From: Cenococcum geophilum
Lineage: Eukaryota
Assembly (NCBI GenBank): GCA_050273025.1
Contig: CP158635.1
Span: 26,040,001 to 26,104,000 of the forward strand
Length of the DNA: 64,000 nucleotides
Reading direction: 5' to 3'
The notes under the pieces were generated by a model. It saw only the letters and a program-made list of their open reading frames with translations. It made no database searches and had not been told where the DNA came from. Of the stretch, positions 39,719 through 52,818 are shown in pieces (position 1 is the stretch's first letter; each line of letters starts with the position of its first letter). The translations under genes were made by a program, and so were the position numbers.

Positions 39719-41186
39719 CTAGTAAGTAAATTAAAGATATAGGTTCTACTTTTAACCTTAAAGCCTTTTAGAACTAATTACTAATTAATAGTAGATAGGT
39801 AGTGAAACTCTTTTATAAAGCTGCTTACTGCCCTTTTAATTAACAAACTCTATATTGCTAATAGCGTCGCCCTAAAAAAACTAAGCGCCGCTATCGCTTT
39901 ATTAATACTCTCGCTTAAAGACTCTGCTACTGTTAACGGCTTTAAACGGCCTCTACTAGCCGCTTTAGCAGCGTTCCTTATTAAACGTCTTATAAGGTCC
40001 AGATCCTTTACCCTTTAAATATTATAATACTTCTTTCTCGCTATATAGGAGTATAATTAGCTTAATAAAGAAGACTTTAAGAAAGCTATAGATAAGGAAT
40101 ATAAGGGAGTTAAAGGCGTTAATATATTAGATAAAGGAGTAGGCAAGGGAGTTGGGCTCTAGCCCTCTATTAGCGTGCTAGATAGGCTAGGTTTAACCGT
40201 TCTATATAGCTTATTTAGATCTATAATATCCTTATCCTTATTCTCCCCTTTAGCATTAATATTAGATATATTAGAGTCCTTATTTTAGTAGTTCTACTCT
40301 AATGCCTTATCTAGCGCGTTATTAATTAATACGGCTATATAGCCACTAGCCATTTTACTAGCGAGCAACTTATCTAGCTAGCTAAAATAGGCAGGCTTCC
40401 GCTTTCTAAGAGGCCTCCTTTAAGCGTGCTTAAAGAAGTAGGTCTCTATAATACCTTCCTTATCTATTTATAAAACGTTAGTAATCTTATAACGGCCCTA
40501 TTTAAAATATACGTTAATATAGGCCTCTTATTCGCGCCAGGTAGCCTTAAGCGCGTTATACTTATTTATATACTACCTAAGGCTAATATCCTAGCCTAAT
40601 TTAGTTTTAATATAGCTAATAGAGTCGGCGTAGGCGGTGGCTTTAAACGTCGCGCCGTTTATCTCCTTCCCTACCCTTATAAGCAATTATAAGTACTCTA
40701 AAAAGGCTTTAATTAAGGCCTTTAACTATATTAACCTACTAGGCTTCTTGCCAGAATTAGCATCCTCTATTACCGCCTTCTTCTTCCATATCTTCTTAGT
40801 AGGCTTTAAAGGAGATCTAGCAGCCGCAGTATTAGATCCGCTATCCTTTGCCATATTTACCCTCCCTTACTTTATTATCGGCTTCTTTATAGGCTCTAAT
40901 ACACTAGATATTAATATTAGCTCGGTAGAGGTAGAGGCGGAGGTAGAGGCAGAGGCAGAGGTAGAGGATGTTATACTTAGTACGCTAGTTATAGGAGGGG
41001 TACTGGCAGAGGCAAGGTAATTAGCTATTACAATAGGTGTATAATTAAGGGAGAAGTTGATAATATTAATAAGGATCTAATTACTGCCTCTACTTAGGAC
41101 ATTTTTAACGTCCTCCACCTATAATACCTTATTACTTTTTCGTCCGTTCGCCAAAGAGCGGTAAGCCTACCACTTAAACAGGTCCC
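39719..41186 (-). mobile_element. One end of a RIP-degraded PIF/Harbinger-like DNA transposon with a Myb/SANT-like ORF (start ~41028)
   Basis: RIP-reversed ORF: RLTWSEALIEAFLEHLQLLVRAGKEINGATFKATAY...QCTNKYNALKATWREW...SGWG. The terminus reads TAA|GGGACCTGTTT on the minus strand (TTA at 41187-41189), where AT-richness ends. The other TIR is not in the window. Confidence 0.65.
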
Positions 41187-41550
41187 TTACAGCGATTCTA
41201 CCAAACGATAGACATCCACCTGTTCATTCTACACCCCTGCAAGGCGTCAACTAGTGGCGCTTACAATTGGAGCGATCCGGCGTCAAAGATTCGAACAGGT
41301 GGAATTTTGGTGGTCGAAACGGTGGAATCTCACAGGTAGAAAAAAGTTACCAAACGAGGCCTTAGTATGGCGCGTCATAGTAATCCGTAAGCAACGGGGA
41401 TCGGGTCTTGAAATGTTACCGATGTGGCCCGCGCGCGTTCTGCTGAATAGAAGCTCCTGAGGATTCGGCAAATTTCTGTGAGCCGCCATGATGTCTATCA
41501 TGGAAAAAAAATCCATCACGACTTGAATATGCTTGCTGATTGATAGGCTC

Positions 41551-44500
41551 ATGCCTCCTTGCCCGATGCAACAATGGCGGGCCATAGGTTCAAAGCTTCC
41601 CTACCTTGCTCTATTACAGAAAAGTTTCTATCTTCCCGTCAAGAAGCTTTCTTGCCCTTTCGCGACGGTTGCATCTAACCTTACATCGCAGCAGAGCCTG
41701 CCAGAGAGTTCTTCGACCAATAATGCAGGAAAGCGTCCTATCCCAGATAGGCAGTCTGTCATTGTTTCTCACTCCGTACACAATACTGTCAGTTCCTTTG
41801 AATCTTCTTCCACATCTGCATCCTAAGACTAAAACTTAGTTAGACACCTGAGGACATCATCGCGCATATCAAGCGATACTCCATTCCTATAGACCAATCA
41901 TTCAGTGAGCCTCTTGCCATCTTCCTCCTCACTCCCTCCTTTGCAAAATGGCTCCTGGACGACGAGACCTTCCTCCGCAAAGCCCTACAAAAGGTGTACG
42001 GGCTCACTCTCGGTAACCCGGAAATTAATCAAACCATTCACACCCTAGTCGCAGTAGTTGATCGACTGCCGGCTCCAAGCATTACTGAAGACTCTGAAGA
42101 TGGTGTAGACCGGGCCACTGTTAGGGTCAAACCACCCCCGGTGGCAGAAAATGGGTATGAAGGCATAGCGTACGCTTTGGCGGATGCTAACTACTTGCCA
42201 TCATATACTGATAGCCAAGAAATGGCCGATCCCTTAGACGGGAGCCCAAGCACAATTACTCTGCACAAATTTCTTAAATTTGAGGATGAGCACAAAACCC
42301 AATCCTCATGCATTAACACAATTCAAATTCCTTTGGCAAATACAATATTTCATACTGGCTATTCTGCAACAATGTTCTCCCACCAGTGGAAAAAGCCAAA
42401 AGGAACGACGGATATCAATCTAGAGAAGAAGACACAGCTCAAGCATCTATCTATCCACTGGCCAGACACCTTCTGGGACCGAAGGTTTGTTACACTCTCG
42501 ATCCCCTTGATTCCATTGACTGCACCGCGCTGTATAGAAGCGGGGATGGGAAACATAATACGCCGCGTTCTAGGATCCGATCAGAAAAGTATGACAGCAT
42601 CACAAGAGTTGGAAGAGACTGTTCCTCAATATTTTAGTTCGCGTGGTATCCCGCCTCATTCAATGACAGTCTGGGCGCTTGTTATACCTCAGGATATAAT
42701 TCTTCCTGTCGCCAACAAAATGACAGACCTCCTGGCCAAGGAGGTGCCGAACTCTGAGAACGCAGAAACTGACTCGCCTAATCTAAATTCTTTATTTACA
42801 GCGCTGTGGAGAAGGAATCCGCCGGGTTGGAATGATGTAGTGTGGTCAGCAGTGACACAGGGCGCACGTCTGCATCGAGTTTTGAGCGGAGGAGGTGGCT
42901 GGGGTAAGAAAGCTGGACTACTTTCATTAGACCCGGACATGTCCTACAACAAATTGCATCAAACATCTCGAGACTCTGCGCTAGAAACAATGGGTTCTTC
43001 TGAAGGTCTTTCCGCTCTGCATGAAGTTGCTAGGCCTGGCGAGTTCATACAATTCTTCGTGTCACCTTCGGATGGAGATGCCACTTGGAATGCTCGCACT
43101 AAGGATATTAAGGTCCCGCCAGCTAGCACTCGTCGTTGGTCATTAGAGTTTGGCACAATTTCTAGTAGTATCGATTCGATGCCTGAAAGCTCTTCTCAAG
43201 AAGCCGTAGAACCATCTAACCCACGAATTGCAGTGTTCAGAAAGCATTTTGGAGCACTATCGGAGGGTGGAATGAGTATTGCCAGATACTGTCAGTCGAA
43301 GAAGATGGGCTCGTGGGATGCTGTCATGTGCTCAAAGGTTGATGTGCCATATTCACGATTCAGCGCCGTCCGTTTCAAAGATACGAGAGATTCTAAGAAC
43401 GCGAGCGGCGCGAAAGCATCAAGACCGGCAGAGAAATCAGACGATTCTCAAAAGCTACCTATCCACAAAATAGAATCGGCAGATCATCGAAAAGAACCAT
43501 CTTTCTCATCAAACAAATCAAAGAATACTCAGGACACAAAAGGCCCCAAGTCGACTACATTTCTAGCCACTAGCTCTGACGAGATCAGGCTAAATGAAGC
43601 AATTGTTCTTTCTATTAGGCGAGCTCGATCTAGGGCAATCCGCTACTACGCCTCCCTCAAGGGGGGTCGTTTAGAAACGAGAATGCTACGTCATAAGTTA
43701 AAGGATATCAGCGAGGAGTACACGTCCCTCCGCAGAGAGTTTGCAATTGCGCTAAAGAGGAGACGCCTTCGAGACCGAAGCCAGCGAGGTACCGCCAAGC
43801 TTGACGCCCAACCCAACCGCGAATACAGCGAAGTTCCCTACGGCAGTTCCAGTTCTTCCGTTTATATAGGCTCTTCGTCTTCGACCGAAACCCAAGACAG
43901 CAGTTCAATGCCAGCCTTTTCCTCATCGACAAGCGACCAGCTAAGTAGCACAGGCGAGGCCCCATATGGCAATTCCAGCAGCATCCCAAGCTCCAAATCC
44001 AAAATACCCTTGATACTTGATCAGGCAAATCGCATATGCCGTGATGTAGGTTTACTCCACATTTGTGTTCGAAAAACTATCTATATGATGCTGGAACGAC
44101 TACTCAAAAAACTCTTGGCACCCCGGATGCACGGCCAAGACGGCCTTGCCATTATGCACAAGCAAGTCCGCTTTGAGGGCTCAGAAGAAAGACTGCCAGC
44201 GCAGGAGAGAGTAAACGCGCCGGTATGCAAAGCTAACATCGCAAAGACTAGAGATTTTATTATTCTGCTTGAGGAAAAAACTGCCGCGCTCCGGGACTAC
44301 AAGACGATGTTACCGCCATCGAAGGCGACAAGGTTTGTTAAAGATGTTCGTATGCTGGAGCCTAGCGGAAGAGCAAGGCGATTTATCCAGGGGTTGAAAT
44401 CTTCTACGGAGAAGCCCCAGCGGAGGTCAAGACGAAGCATAGTGCGTTCAGTTCAGATTGAGAAAAAACGAGATGTAGTGCGTTTAGTTCAGACCGAGAA

Positions 44501-44846
44501 AAAAAGAGATGTAGTGGGTTTGATTCAGAAGAAAAAACGAGATGTAATGCGCGTGATGCGGCCGATTCGGAAGCAGACAAAAGGAGATGTAATGCCTTTG
44601 ATTCGGAAAGTAATTCGGGCAGGGCCGCAAAGGGACTTAATTCGTAAGCATGTGGCCATCGATTCTGTCACGCCTGAGCTTCCGGCTCGTAGAACGCTTA
44701 GTCTTCCACGGCGGATTAGAGGGAGGGACCAGGCGACTTGGAGGAGCCAAAGCCCTATGCATGCAGGAAGGATGAGTGGGAGAACGCTTGATCCAGAGGC
44801 GCAGAAGCTGGCGGATGAAGTTGAGCGATGGTTGAAGGGGTTCTGA
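41551..44846 (+). CDS. Conserved fungal hypothetical protein (~1,080 aa; HRVLSGGGGWGKKAGLLSLDP motif; basic low-complexity C-terminus)
   Basis: A 950-aa ORF extended upstream by an in-frame intron at 41788-41843 (GTCAGT...TTAG) to the ATG at 41551. Confidence 0.8.
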
Positions 44847-45484
44847 GGACTGAAAATCGGTCTCAGTGCATGAGCACAGCTGGCGTTATGAGCTTGGATT
44901 GAGTGACGCGCCTGAGAAAATTAATTTGTATTGATATGTAACATTAAGCATTTAAATACTTGTCTATAGAGGGGCTGTTTGATGAATCGTGGGGTGTTAA
45001 GGTCTTTCAATATAACACCAGAGACTTATGCAAATGGAATGGATTTACATTACATTATTACGGTCCACTATACAAGCCACAGTCCAGCTCAAAGTCTGTA
45101 CAGGTTGCTTAGCTGCTTCTTGGATCACTTAATTGAATGGGGATGCAATATCAAACCCCAATCTTACCAGGGTTCTTGATATGATCAATAATTTTGCCCG
45201 GCATCAACCGAAGCGAAGTCCACCAACATATCTGCGTCACTTGAAAATAAGTCAAGAACAAAGGCCATAAACTAGCAGACCAATAATGTACAAGCACCCA
45301 CTATTCCGTCCGCTCCGCTCCGCCAATACTGATGACTGACCTCGTTCCTTGAAAACCCTGCCCAACAAGGCATCGGGATTACGATCGCCCAACATGAGAT
45401 TAAATTTCGTCACTCCACTCCCGCCCTGAAACATCCAAACCACAAAATCCTCAATTAAATCCAAAACCCCCTCACAAAGAAAGG

Positions 45485-46483
45485 ATGATAAACTTCGCCG
45501 TCATCGGCACAGGCTGGATAACAGCCTCCTTCGTCACCTCGGCCCACGCCACCAACAAATGGCAGCTGCGCGCCGTATTCTCGCGCAAGGAAGACACAGC
45601 GCGGGACTTCGCCGCCAAATTCACCGCAGACGCCGCAATCCACACGACGCTCGAGTCGCTCGCGGCCGACCAGTCCATCGCCGCCGTCTACATCGCCTCG
45701 CCCAACTCGCTGCACTTCGCGCACGCCAAGCAGCTGCTCGAAGCACGCAAGCACGTGATTGTGGAGAAGCCCGCGACGTCGACGAGCAGCGAGCTGGACA
45801 CGCTGTTCCAGACTGCCCGCGCGCACGGCGTCTTCCTGCTCGAGGCGTTCCGCCATCTGCACGAGGTCAACTTCAAGGTTTTGAAGGCGGCGCTGGGCCG
45901 TCTTGGCCCCGTCTATGGCGCCTCGCTGAACTATGCGGCTTATTCGAGCAGGTACGATAACGTGCTTAGGGGCGAGACGCCCAATGTCTTCAGCTTGGAC
46001 TACTCGGGCGGCGCGCTGGCTGATTTGGGCGTCTACCCCATCGCGGCGGCTGTTGCGCTGTTCGGGGCGCCGAAGGCGCAGCAGTATTTCCCTGTCATGA
46101 TCAGGACGGGTGCGGATGGCGGTGGGGTGGTGGTGCTGCAGTATGAGGGGTTTGCGGTGAGTGCGAATGCGAGTAAGATCTATACGAGCACCGCGCCGAG
46201 CGAGGTCTATGGCGAGAAGGGCACGTTGGTTATCCCGTCCATCACGGATATTGCGTCTGTGAGGTTCTTGGATCCGCGGAAGAAGGGGGAGAGTGAGGAG
46301 CTAGGAAAGGAGAAGGAGAGCCTAAATTTGAAGGAGGAGGCGGATGAGTTCGCCAGGATTATCGAGGAGAAGGACGGGAAGATGGCTGAGGAGTTGGAGA
46401 AGCTGAGTAGGGCTGTTTTGGCTGTGACGGAGGATTTGAGAAGGGCGAATGAGTTGAAGTTTAAGGTTGAAAAGGAGGGTTAG
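45485..46483 (+). CDS. Gfo/Idh/MocA family NAD(P)-dependent oxidoreductase
   Basis: IGTGWI Rossmann motif, VYIASPNSLH, KHVIVEKP, GGALADLGVYPI; single exon. Confidence 0.95.
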   Translation: MINFAVIGTGWITASFVTSAHATNKWQLRAVFSRKEDTARDFAAKFTADAAIHTTLESLAADQSIAAVYIASPNSLHFAHAKQLLEARKHVIVEKPATSTSSELDTLFQTARAHGVFLLEAFRHLHEVNFKVLKAALGRLGPVYGASLNYAAYSSRYDNVLRGETPNVFSLDYSGGALADLGVYPIAAAVALFGAPKAQQYFPVMIRTGADGGGVVVLQYEGFAVSANASKIYTSTAPSEVYGEKGTLVIPSITDIASVRFLDPRKKGESEELGKEKESLNLKEEADEFARIIEEKDGKMAEELEKLSRAVLAVTEDLRRANELKFKVEKEG

Positions 46484-48518
46484 TGGTAAGACGATCGGAC
46501 TTTCTAGGTGGAGAGGGGAGGGAGTGAACATATGAATGTAAAAAGGGGTTGAAAAGTTCCATAGACGGTTTTTGATGAGACCAACGGCTCACGGCAGCAG
46601 TAGATGTACGCCATTCATGATGTTATTGTATTGGTGAATCTCAACAATTGGGCTTTTTTAGACTAGTGCCGCTCAACTTCAGTTGTCACTAGGTCCCCTT
46701 GATGGTATGAAATGGATAAAGTATGACTGAAGTGGAGCTAAGCTAAATGTCCAGATATGCAGTACACAAGTGTTAGACATCTCTGTAGAATGGACAGATG
46801 AGATTGGTCTTCGCAAGTCTTCGGTAAAATGATACCGTCAGAACGCCTTCAGGAACTATTTGGATTAGACTTAGCTATGCTTTTGGAGGGAATGCCTATC
46901 GAGGATGGTATCAAATGGGCGTAGGAGAGGATCACTGCAGTGATTATTGTGGTGTTGAAGCCTCGAGAGATATGGCCTCAGCCACGAGAGTAATAATCGC
47001 TGTGAAGTCTGAAACGATTGAGGTTGAAGTCATGGTGGCTTAGACAACGTATTTCGATGAAGTTGTTTGTCTACGCCAGTGACGTGGGGAAACTAGAGTT
47101 TAACCTGGTAATCAGAAGCCATTGTCTTGCCGCCTTCATGCAGTAATACCAGAACAAGGGTAACAAGAAACTGTGTTTTAATGGCGGGAGGCGCATTTCA
47201 TAACCAGGGCCGGGATGCAGAGTCAATATGTGTGAACCTTGTCTCTGTGCTGCCTCGGAGGTGTCAATTTGTACACGACAAGACATGGCATTTTAACAGA
47301 AATGGCTTGGTCGTGGCTTTAAGTTGATAAAAGCCGCAATTATGCATATACTATTTGATGGCGTTTGAAGGATTCAGGAATTAAAGTTCCGCAGATTCAC
47401 GCGGCTGCATCAGCAGCGGCTGAATCCCTCTGTAGTCGGATTCGAAAGTCTGCTTCAAATAGAGATATTGGGGGAGATAGAAGTCAAGCTTGAAGAGCCA
47501 ACGTATCAGAACCAATGGATTACAAATGGCTAGGAACAGAAACAGCCCTCTGCGAATTTGATTCCAATTCGTGGCTCGTGGCAGTCATTGAATATCCCCT
47601 ACAGGTGCCAAGACTTCCAAGATAAGAGGCGCCTGCAGCTGCCCGGTGCTAATGAAAGATGTCGGAGTTGCATCGTGCAAAAACGACTGGCTCTTGCACT
47701 CAGCTCTTGGCTGTTTCAAGCTAGTTCAGCGGCCACAGGCATGAATCATGCCTGCCGGCGCCTCCGGAGAGAAACAGAGGCAAGTCTTTCACAATTCACG
47801 GCAACACCAAGCGGGCATGTCTCGCAGACAGAGAGCGAAACATGCGCCTTCCCGCGGTTGTCTCTTCCCGTTGTTATCGATTCCACCTTATCTGTGGGCG
47901 CCATTGATACTCCAAGCCTCCAAGAACAAAGACGCTAGAAAGATGGTTCGTTTAGGAGCATGCGGCTGGCTACAGTGGCGTCTGGAAGGTTCGTGTGCCC
48001 AAGCGACATTGAAAGTGACGGACCGAGAAAGTTCAAACGACCAACACACGCCACAGAGTCGAGATGAAGTGGAGGTTTGAGGGGTTGGGACGGTCAAGGC
48101 GGGTAGTCGGCACAAATACACTTATTTCAGCCTCAGCTCCTCATCTTGTCATATGGATAATTTGAGAATGCCAATTAAAATCATTGCCATAATTGGAACA
48201 TGCACAGTTTATTTTTAAGCTACAATGTAACCAACGCTGTGTTTATGAAAGCAATTTAGCCATTAACATACCACTAATCCTGCTCTCCACCAAATAGATA
48301 GCCATTTATCGGATAGTCACCCAATTATGTTGCAGAGGGGGCTAACACAGCTATCGAGGTTGGTTTGTATATTGATGTTGATGTTGCGCTGCACGATGAA
48401 ATAAATAAAACTGAAGTGAAGGGAAGATGTCACGGATAAAAGGTTTAATTTTATAAAGAAGCAAATTGCGAAATGTTGAGAGGAAAGGTCAGAGAGCGAA
48501 TGGAGTGGGTGGTAATAT

Positions 48519-48640
48519 TTATTTCTATTTCATGTGTCAGTAGGATATGAAACTAATAAGTGTTATGGAGAGAAACTCACGCCGCAGGTGCAGTCGCCGC
48601 AGGCGCAGTTCTCGCCGCATGAGCATCCGTCTCCGTTCAT
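48519..48640 (-). CDS. Very small metallothionein, MNGDGCSCGENCACGDCTCGK (21 aa)
   Basis: Exon 1 48640-48581; intron 48580-48525 (GTGAGT...CTGAC...TAG); exon 2 AAA TAA. Three CxC motifs; ATG context GCCATCATG. Confidence 0.85.
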
Positions 48641-49833
48641 GATGGCTGATGTGACTTGGAAGTTGTGCTTAATAAAGTGTGCTTTGTTCAGGTGTGAGAG
48701 TTGAACTGGTATTCTGGTATTCTTGTGTTTGTTGCTTGTGCTTATTCTGTGATGGAGGGGCAGCCCACTTATGTACGAGGTTTCTGCGGTTGAAGCTAGT
48801 TGTGAAACTAACTGGTTCGGTAACAGCTCTTGCGCATCCTGCTCCTCCTGCAGTGGTGGTGGATGCATTGGTTTCTATGGACAAAACAACGCCCACAAAT
48901 CCAGAACGGTGCGCTCTGAGAGGCGTTAACTTCACCGTCGAACGACAAGCGGGATAAATGGGTTCAACAATGCCAAAGCCATTGTTTTTCTGTGAGCCTC
49001 GCAAATGCTATCCCTTAACCCGCTGCTTTGGGCGCAGTGTTATCGATAAGGCCTGGCCAATAGGAGGCTCTTGTTTCAATGTGCACAGTATTCCTGCACG
49101 GCCCTGAAACTGGCCCAAGCGTTGCACCTCGCGGGTTAAGGGATACGAGCCTCAGGTCCTGGGTTGAGAGACGATGCTCGGTGCGCCTCTGTCATAACCC
49201 CCGTCACAATCCCTTGATTTCGTAGAACCTCAGGAGGCCGTCAGCGTTACGCCCAGTCCAAGTCTGGTCGTGTCTGTTCGTCAGCAAGGCATTCATGAGT
49301 GTTTTCACTACCCACCCCCCACCGCGAGTCCAAGGCGTTTTGCGCTTGCCATATAAATCACTCTAAGATAGCACCATCAAAACCGAGCCAACCTTAATGG
49401 ACTTTAACATCACACGGGCGGTTATGTGGAGGCCCGAATACAGATTAAGGAGGCCAGTTGATTTTAGCCAACTGACCATTATGGCTGCATGATCTGCACC
49501 ATCTCAGAGCCAAAACCCCTGCATTCACTTAGATCCGTAAAAGGAAATTAGATGCGCCAACTCTCCAAACGTGAATTAAGCCATCTATATATTTGAGAGA
49601 GGCCAATCTCTCTACCTTTTCTAGCTACAGTTAAGTCGCACACTCTTTTCTTTACTCTAGCGAGTCTGAGACTCTTTGTCTGTACCACGCTCATTTTCAT
49701 TCACCATAGTCACTATTTCCCAGTCCGTATTTGACTGCTGGCCCTTAAAGTAACCATCCACTGAGATTCGATATCTTCGGTTCCGCCCTTTCGCTTCAGT
49801 GGAGTTCCACTAGATTCTACACCAAGCGTCAAA

Positions 49834-51784
49834 ATGCATGCCAATACCCTCACTCTTGTGCTTGGCCTCGTCACCTCGCTCGTGGCTCCTACCTCAGCCT
49901 TCTTTCGAATGTCATGCCCCGGGCGTCTCGTACGGGAGCGCTTGGACCCTATCGTCAATCCGGGCGCCGTTTCCGGGCATTTACATACTATCTCTGGTGG
50001 TGCAGGTTTCGGTCCTTCCATGACATACGCTCAAGCACGTTCTGCTGCTTGCTCATCCTGTGAGATCAAGGAGGACTTCTCCAACTACTGGACTCCTCAG
50101 TTGTTTTATCATGCCCAGAATGGCTCATTCATTCCGGTTCCTGTTGTTGGTGATGGTAACGATCAGCATGGGGGCATGACTGTCTATTACCTGTGAGCCA
50201 TTCAATCTATCCAATCCTTACTCAATATTGACATCATTTAGTCAGCGAGGCAACTCGGGCGAGAAGTTACACGCATTCCCCGAGGGCTTCCGCATGCTTG
50301 CTGGCGACCCTTTTAAGCGCAACTTCACCGGTGGCCTCGATGCCCAAGCCGTCAATTTTGCTTGCCTTGGTGCTGACAAGCCCGAGACAAATGGCTTCCC
50401 CAACTACAACTGCCCCGGTGGTCTCCGTGCTCAACTCTTTTTCCCTGCCTGCTGGAACGGCAAGGACCTTGACTCAGCTGATCATAAATCCCACATGTCT
50501 TACCCGGCCGGCCAGAACTACAACAACGGCCCTTGCCCGGCTGACTTTCCAGTGCATTTGGTTTCAATCTTCTTCGAGGTCTTGTATGACACTAACGGCT
50601 TTGCTAACGAGTGGTACGGCAACTCTCAGCCTTTCGTCCTTGCCAACGGCGACTCGACTGGCTACGGCTTTCACGGCGATTTCGTCAACGGCTGGAATGT
50701 TAACGTCCTTCAGAAAGCTGTCGATAACTGCCTTGCCGACAGTGGCCAAGTCAGCGATTGTCATGAGGTCACCACGTATACTGCCTCTGAGTGCCAGGCA
50801 TGCCGCCTTCCCTCGGTGGTCAATGAACAGGTTGACGGCTGGATGTCCGCCCTTCCTGGCTGCAACCCGGTAACGAATGGCCCCGGACCAGCTCCAAAGA
50901 CTCCATGTGCTGTAACGCCTCTTTCGCCTCCGGAGACGAATTTTGTCGACCTCACAGTCTCCAAAAGCTGGGAATACACTGGGTGTGGATCGGACAACTA
51001 TTATTCGCGCACATTTACTGGCAAGTCGGAGTCGACGAATGACATGACTGTCGAGAAGTGCGTCGACTTTTGCAGCAGCAATGGCTACAGCTATGCAGGT
51101 CTTGAGTATTCTCGTGAGTGCTACTGCGATAATACCCTCTCTGCTGCCGCGGCTCCAAAGCCTGGTGTGATGGGCGCCTGCCTCATGAAGTGCTCTGGCG
51201 ACTCGGGTGAGTTCTGCGGTGGTGGCTCTGCATTATCGATCTACCACAAGTGCTCTCCTGGATCTTGCAAGAATGCAGAGTTCGGAGTCTCAGGCAATAC
51301 AACAACTCCAGCTAGCTCAGCTGCTCCTGTTTCGTCAGTGGTCCCTTCATCAACCATAAAGGTTGCTTCTTCATCGAAGGCGAAGGTTGCCTCTTCATCA
51401 CCTGTAAAGTCTGTGGCAACTCCGACTAGTCTCAAATCTGCAACTTCACTCTCTGCGACATCGAAAACGAGTACCGTCGTACCAGTGCAAGCTGCCTCCA
51501 CAACCACAAAAGCCCCAGTGTGCCCTCGTAACAACTGCATCAATCAGATCACGAACCCAACGGTAACCTCCCTTGCGAGCGTCTTCTGTAAGACCTATAC
51601 TAGGACAGTTAACACCAAAACGGCCGCAATCCCAACCTTCCTCAGCAACTGCCATAACAGCCCTGTAACAGTTAGTTCGGCTTGCTCATGCTTGATGTAC
51701 TCTCCAACTGCGACACCAAAGTCGAGGGCAAGACGCCATTTGGCCGCGCACCACCATGGCCATGCGCTCCTTCGCGAGTCTTAA
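49834..51784 (+). CDS. Secreted DUF1996 + WSC domain protein with a Ser/Thr-rich tail
   Basis: Signal peptide; ERLDPIVNPG, DFSNYWTP, FPACWNG and GYGFHGDF motifs; WSC motif MTVEKCVDFC...YAGLEYSRECYC; intron 50193-50241. Confidence 0.93.
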
Positions 51785-52615
51785 GTGTTAGGGTATTCAC
51801 TCTGACAGTATTCTGGGATAAATGCATTCATATATAGTCTGGCTTTATCATTGTATTTTCACTTTCTATCCAGGAGACAGATCCTTCTTCAGATTTATCC
51901 CGGAACAACTTCTTTTCTTATAGTATATATTACACTTTGATCGATACTGCCTGGTTTAGGCCTGGAGTAGTTGTTCTGGAAACTGAGTTATACAAAAACA
52001 CTTGGGCTCTTTACAATCAATTCCCGGCAGAGATATGAACATTAGCTGTGCGTTGAAACTAGCTCCGGAGATTCTCGAATAACAAAAAGTCTTCGAGTGT
52101 GAATGAATCAGTAAAATTTTTGGGTCATATTTTTGACTTTCCTAATTTAATCCCTATCTGTATGCAGGTCCCCACCTTTGTTCCTTCATAAAGACGTCTT
52201 CAACAGGTCGACGAGCAAACCGAAATGATTACGACCCAATTTAAAGGCTTCGAATAGATTCAGTGTCACAATTAACCCTTCCCTTGATGGAAGTCCCAAC
52301 CCGTCGGATTCGGGCCGGATACGATTATGGGGCTTTATCGGCGAAGCCTCTACAATCCCAGAAGTTTTCCTCACAAGACCTCTTGGGCATGCCATGGTAT
52401 TATTTCATATTTCTAGTAACGTGTCACTCCTGGAGCTTTGATACGCCTTGTATCCTCAACCATCCATCGTTCGTTCAGAGTGGGGTAAAATCACGAAATT
52501 TCCTCCTTGTCGCTCGTCACTCTTAACCCATGCAAGTCCTGCCGTTACTTGAAGCTCCTTTGCTATAGTAACTTCTCTTTATCAGATCATGTCTTCTAAT
52601 TCGTTCAGGACGATA

Positions 52616-52625
52616 ATGATGCCAT
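52616..52625 (+). promoter_or_regulatory. Candidate CYS-3/MetR bZIP binding site ATGATGCCAT
   Basis: Matches ATGRYRYCAT and lies ~195 bp upstream of a sulfonate-dioxygenase-like gene. Confidence 0.45.
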
Positions 52626-52818
52626 ATTGCTGCCTTATGAATCATACGGATAAGCGGCAACGTGGTATTGCTTTTTTTATATGGAGGTTTGCGGGCATGT
52701 TCAAAATACATGGACGATGCTACAAAAGAGTGGCTGTATCCTGGTGAACTTGACCTTTCCATACCAGCTCCTAACGTAATTGAATATTCCCTGATTGTTA
52801 TTTGAAGACTTTTCTAAA

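Noticed and set aside
40637..41020. 127-aa plus-strand ORF
   Set aside because: Antisense shadow of the RIPed Myb/SANT ORF; the EAEV run comes from a Ser/Ala/Thr hexamer repeat on the other strand.
45485..46483. Horizontal transfer of the GC-rich intronless oxidoreductase
   Set aside because: High GC3 and lack of introns are common in fungal genes; cannot be supported without a phylogeny.
46500..48400. Short ORFs and a small hairpin (~47394-47426) in the intergenic region
   Set aside because: No recognisable domains, splice structure or RNA family features.
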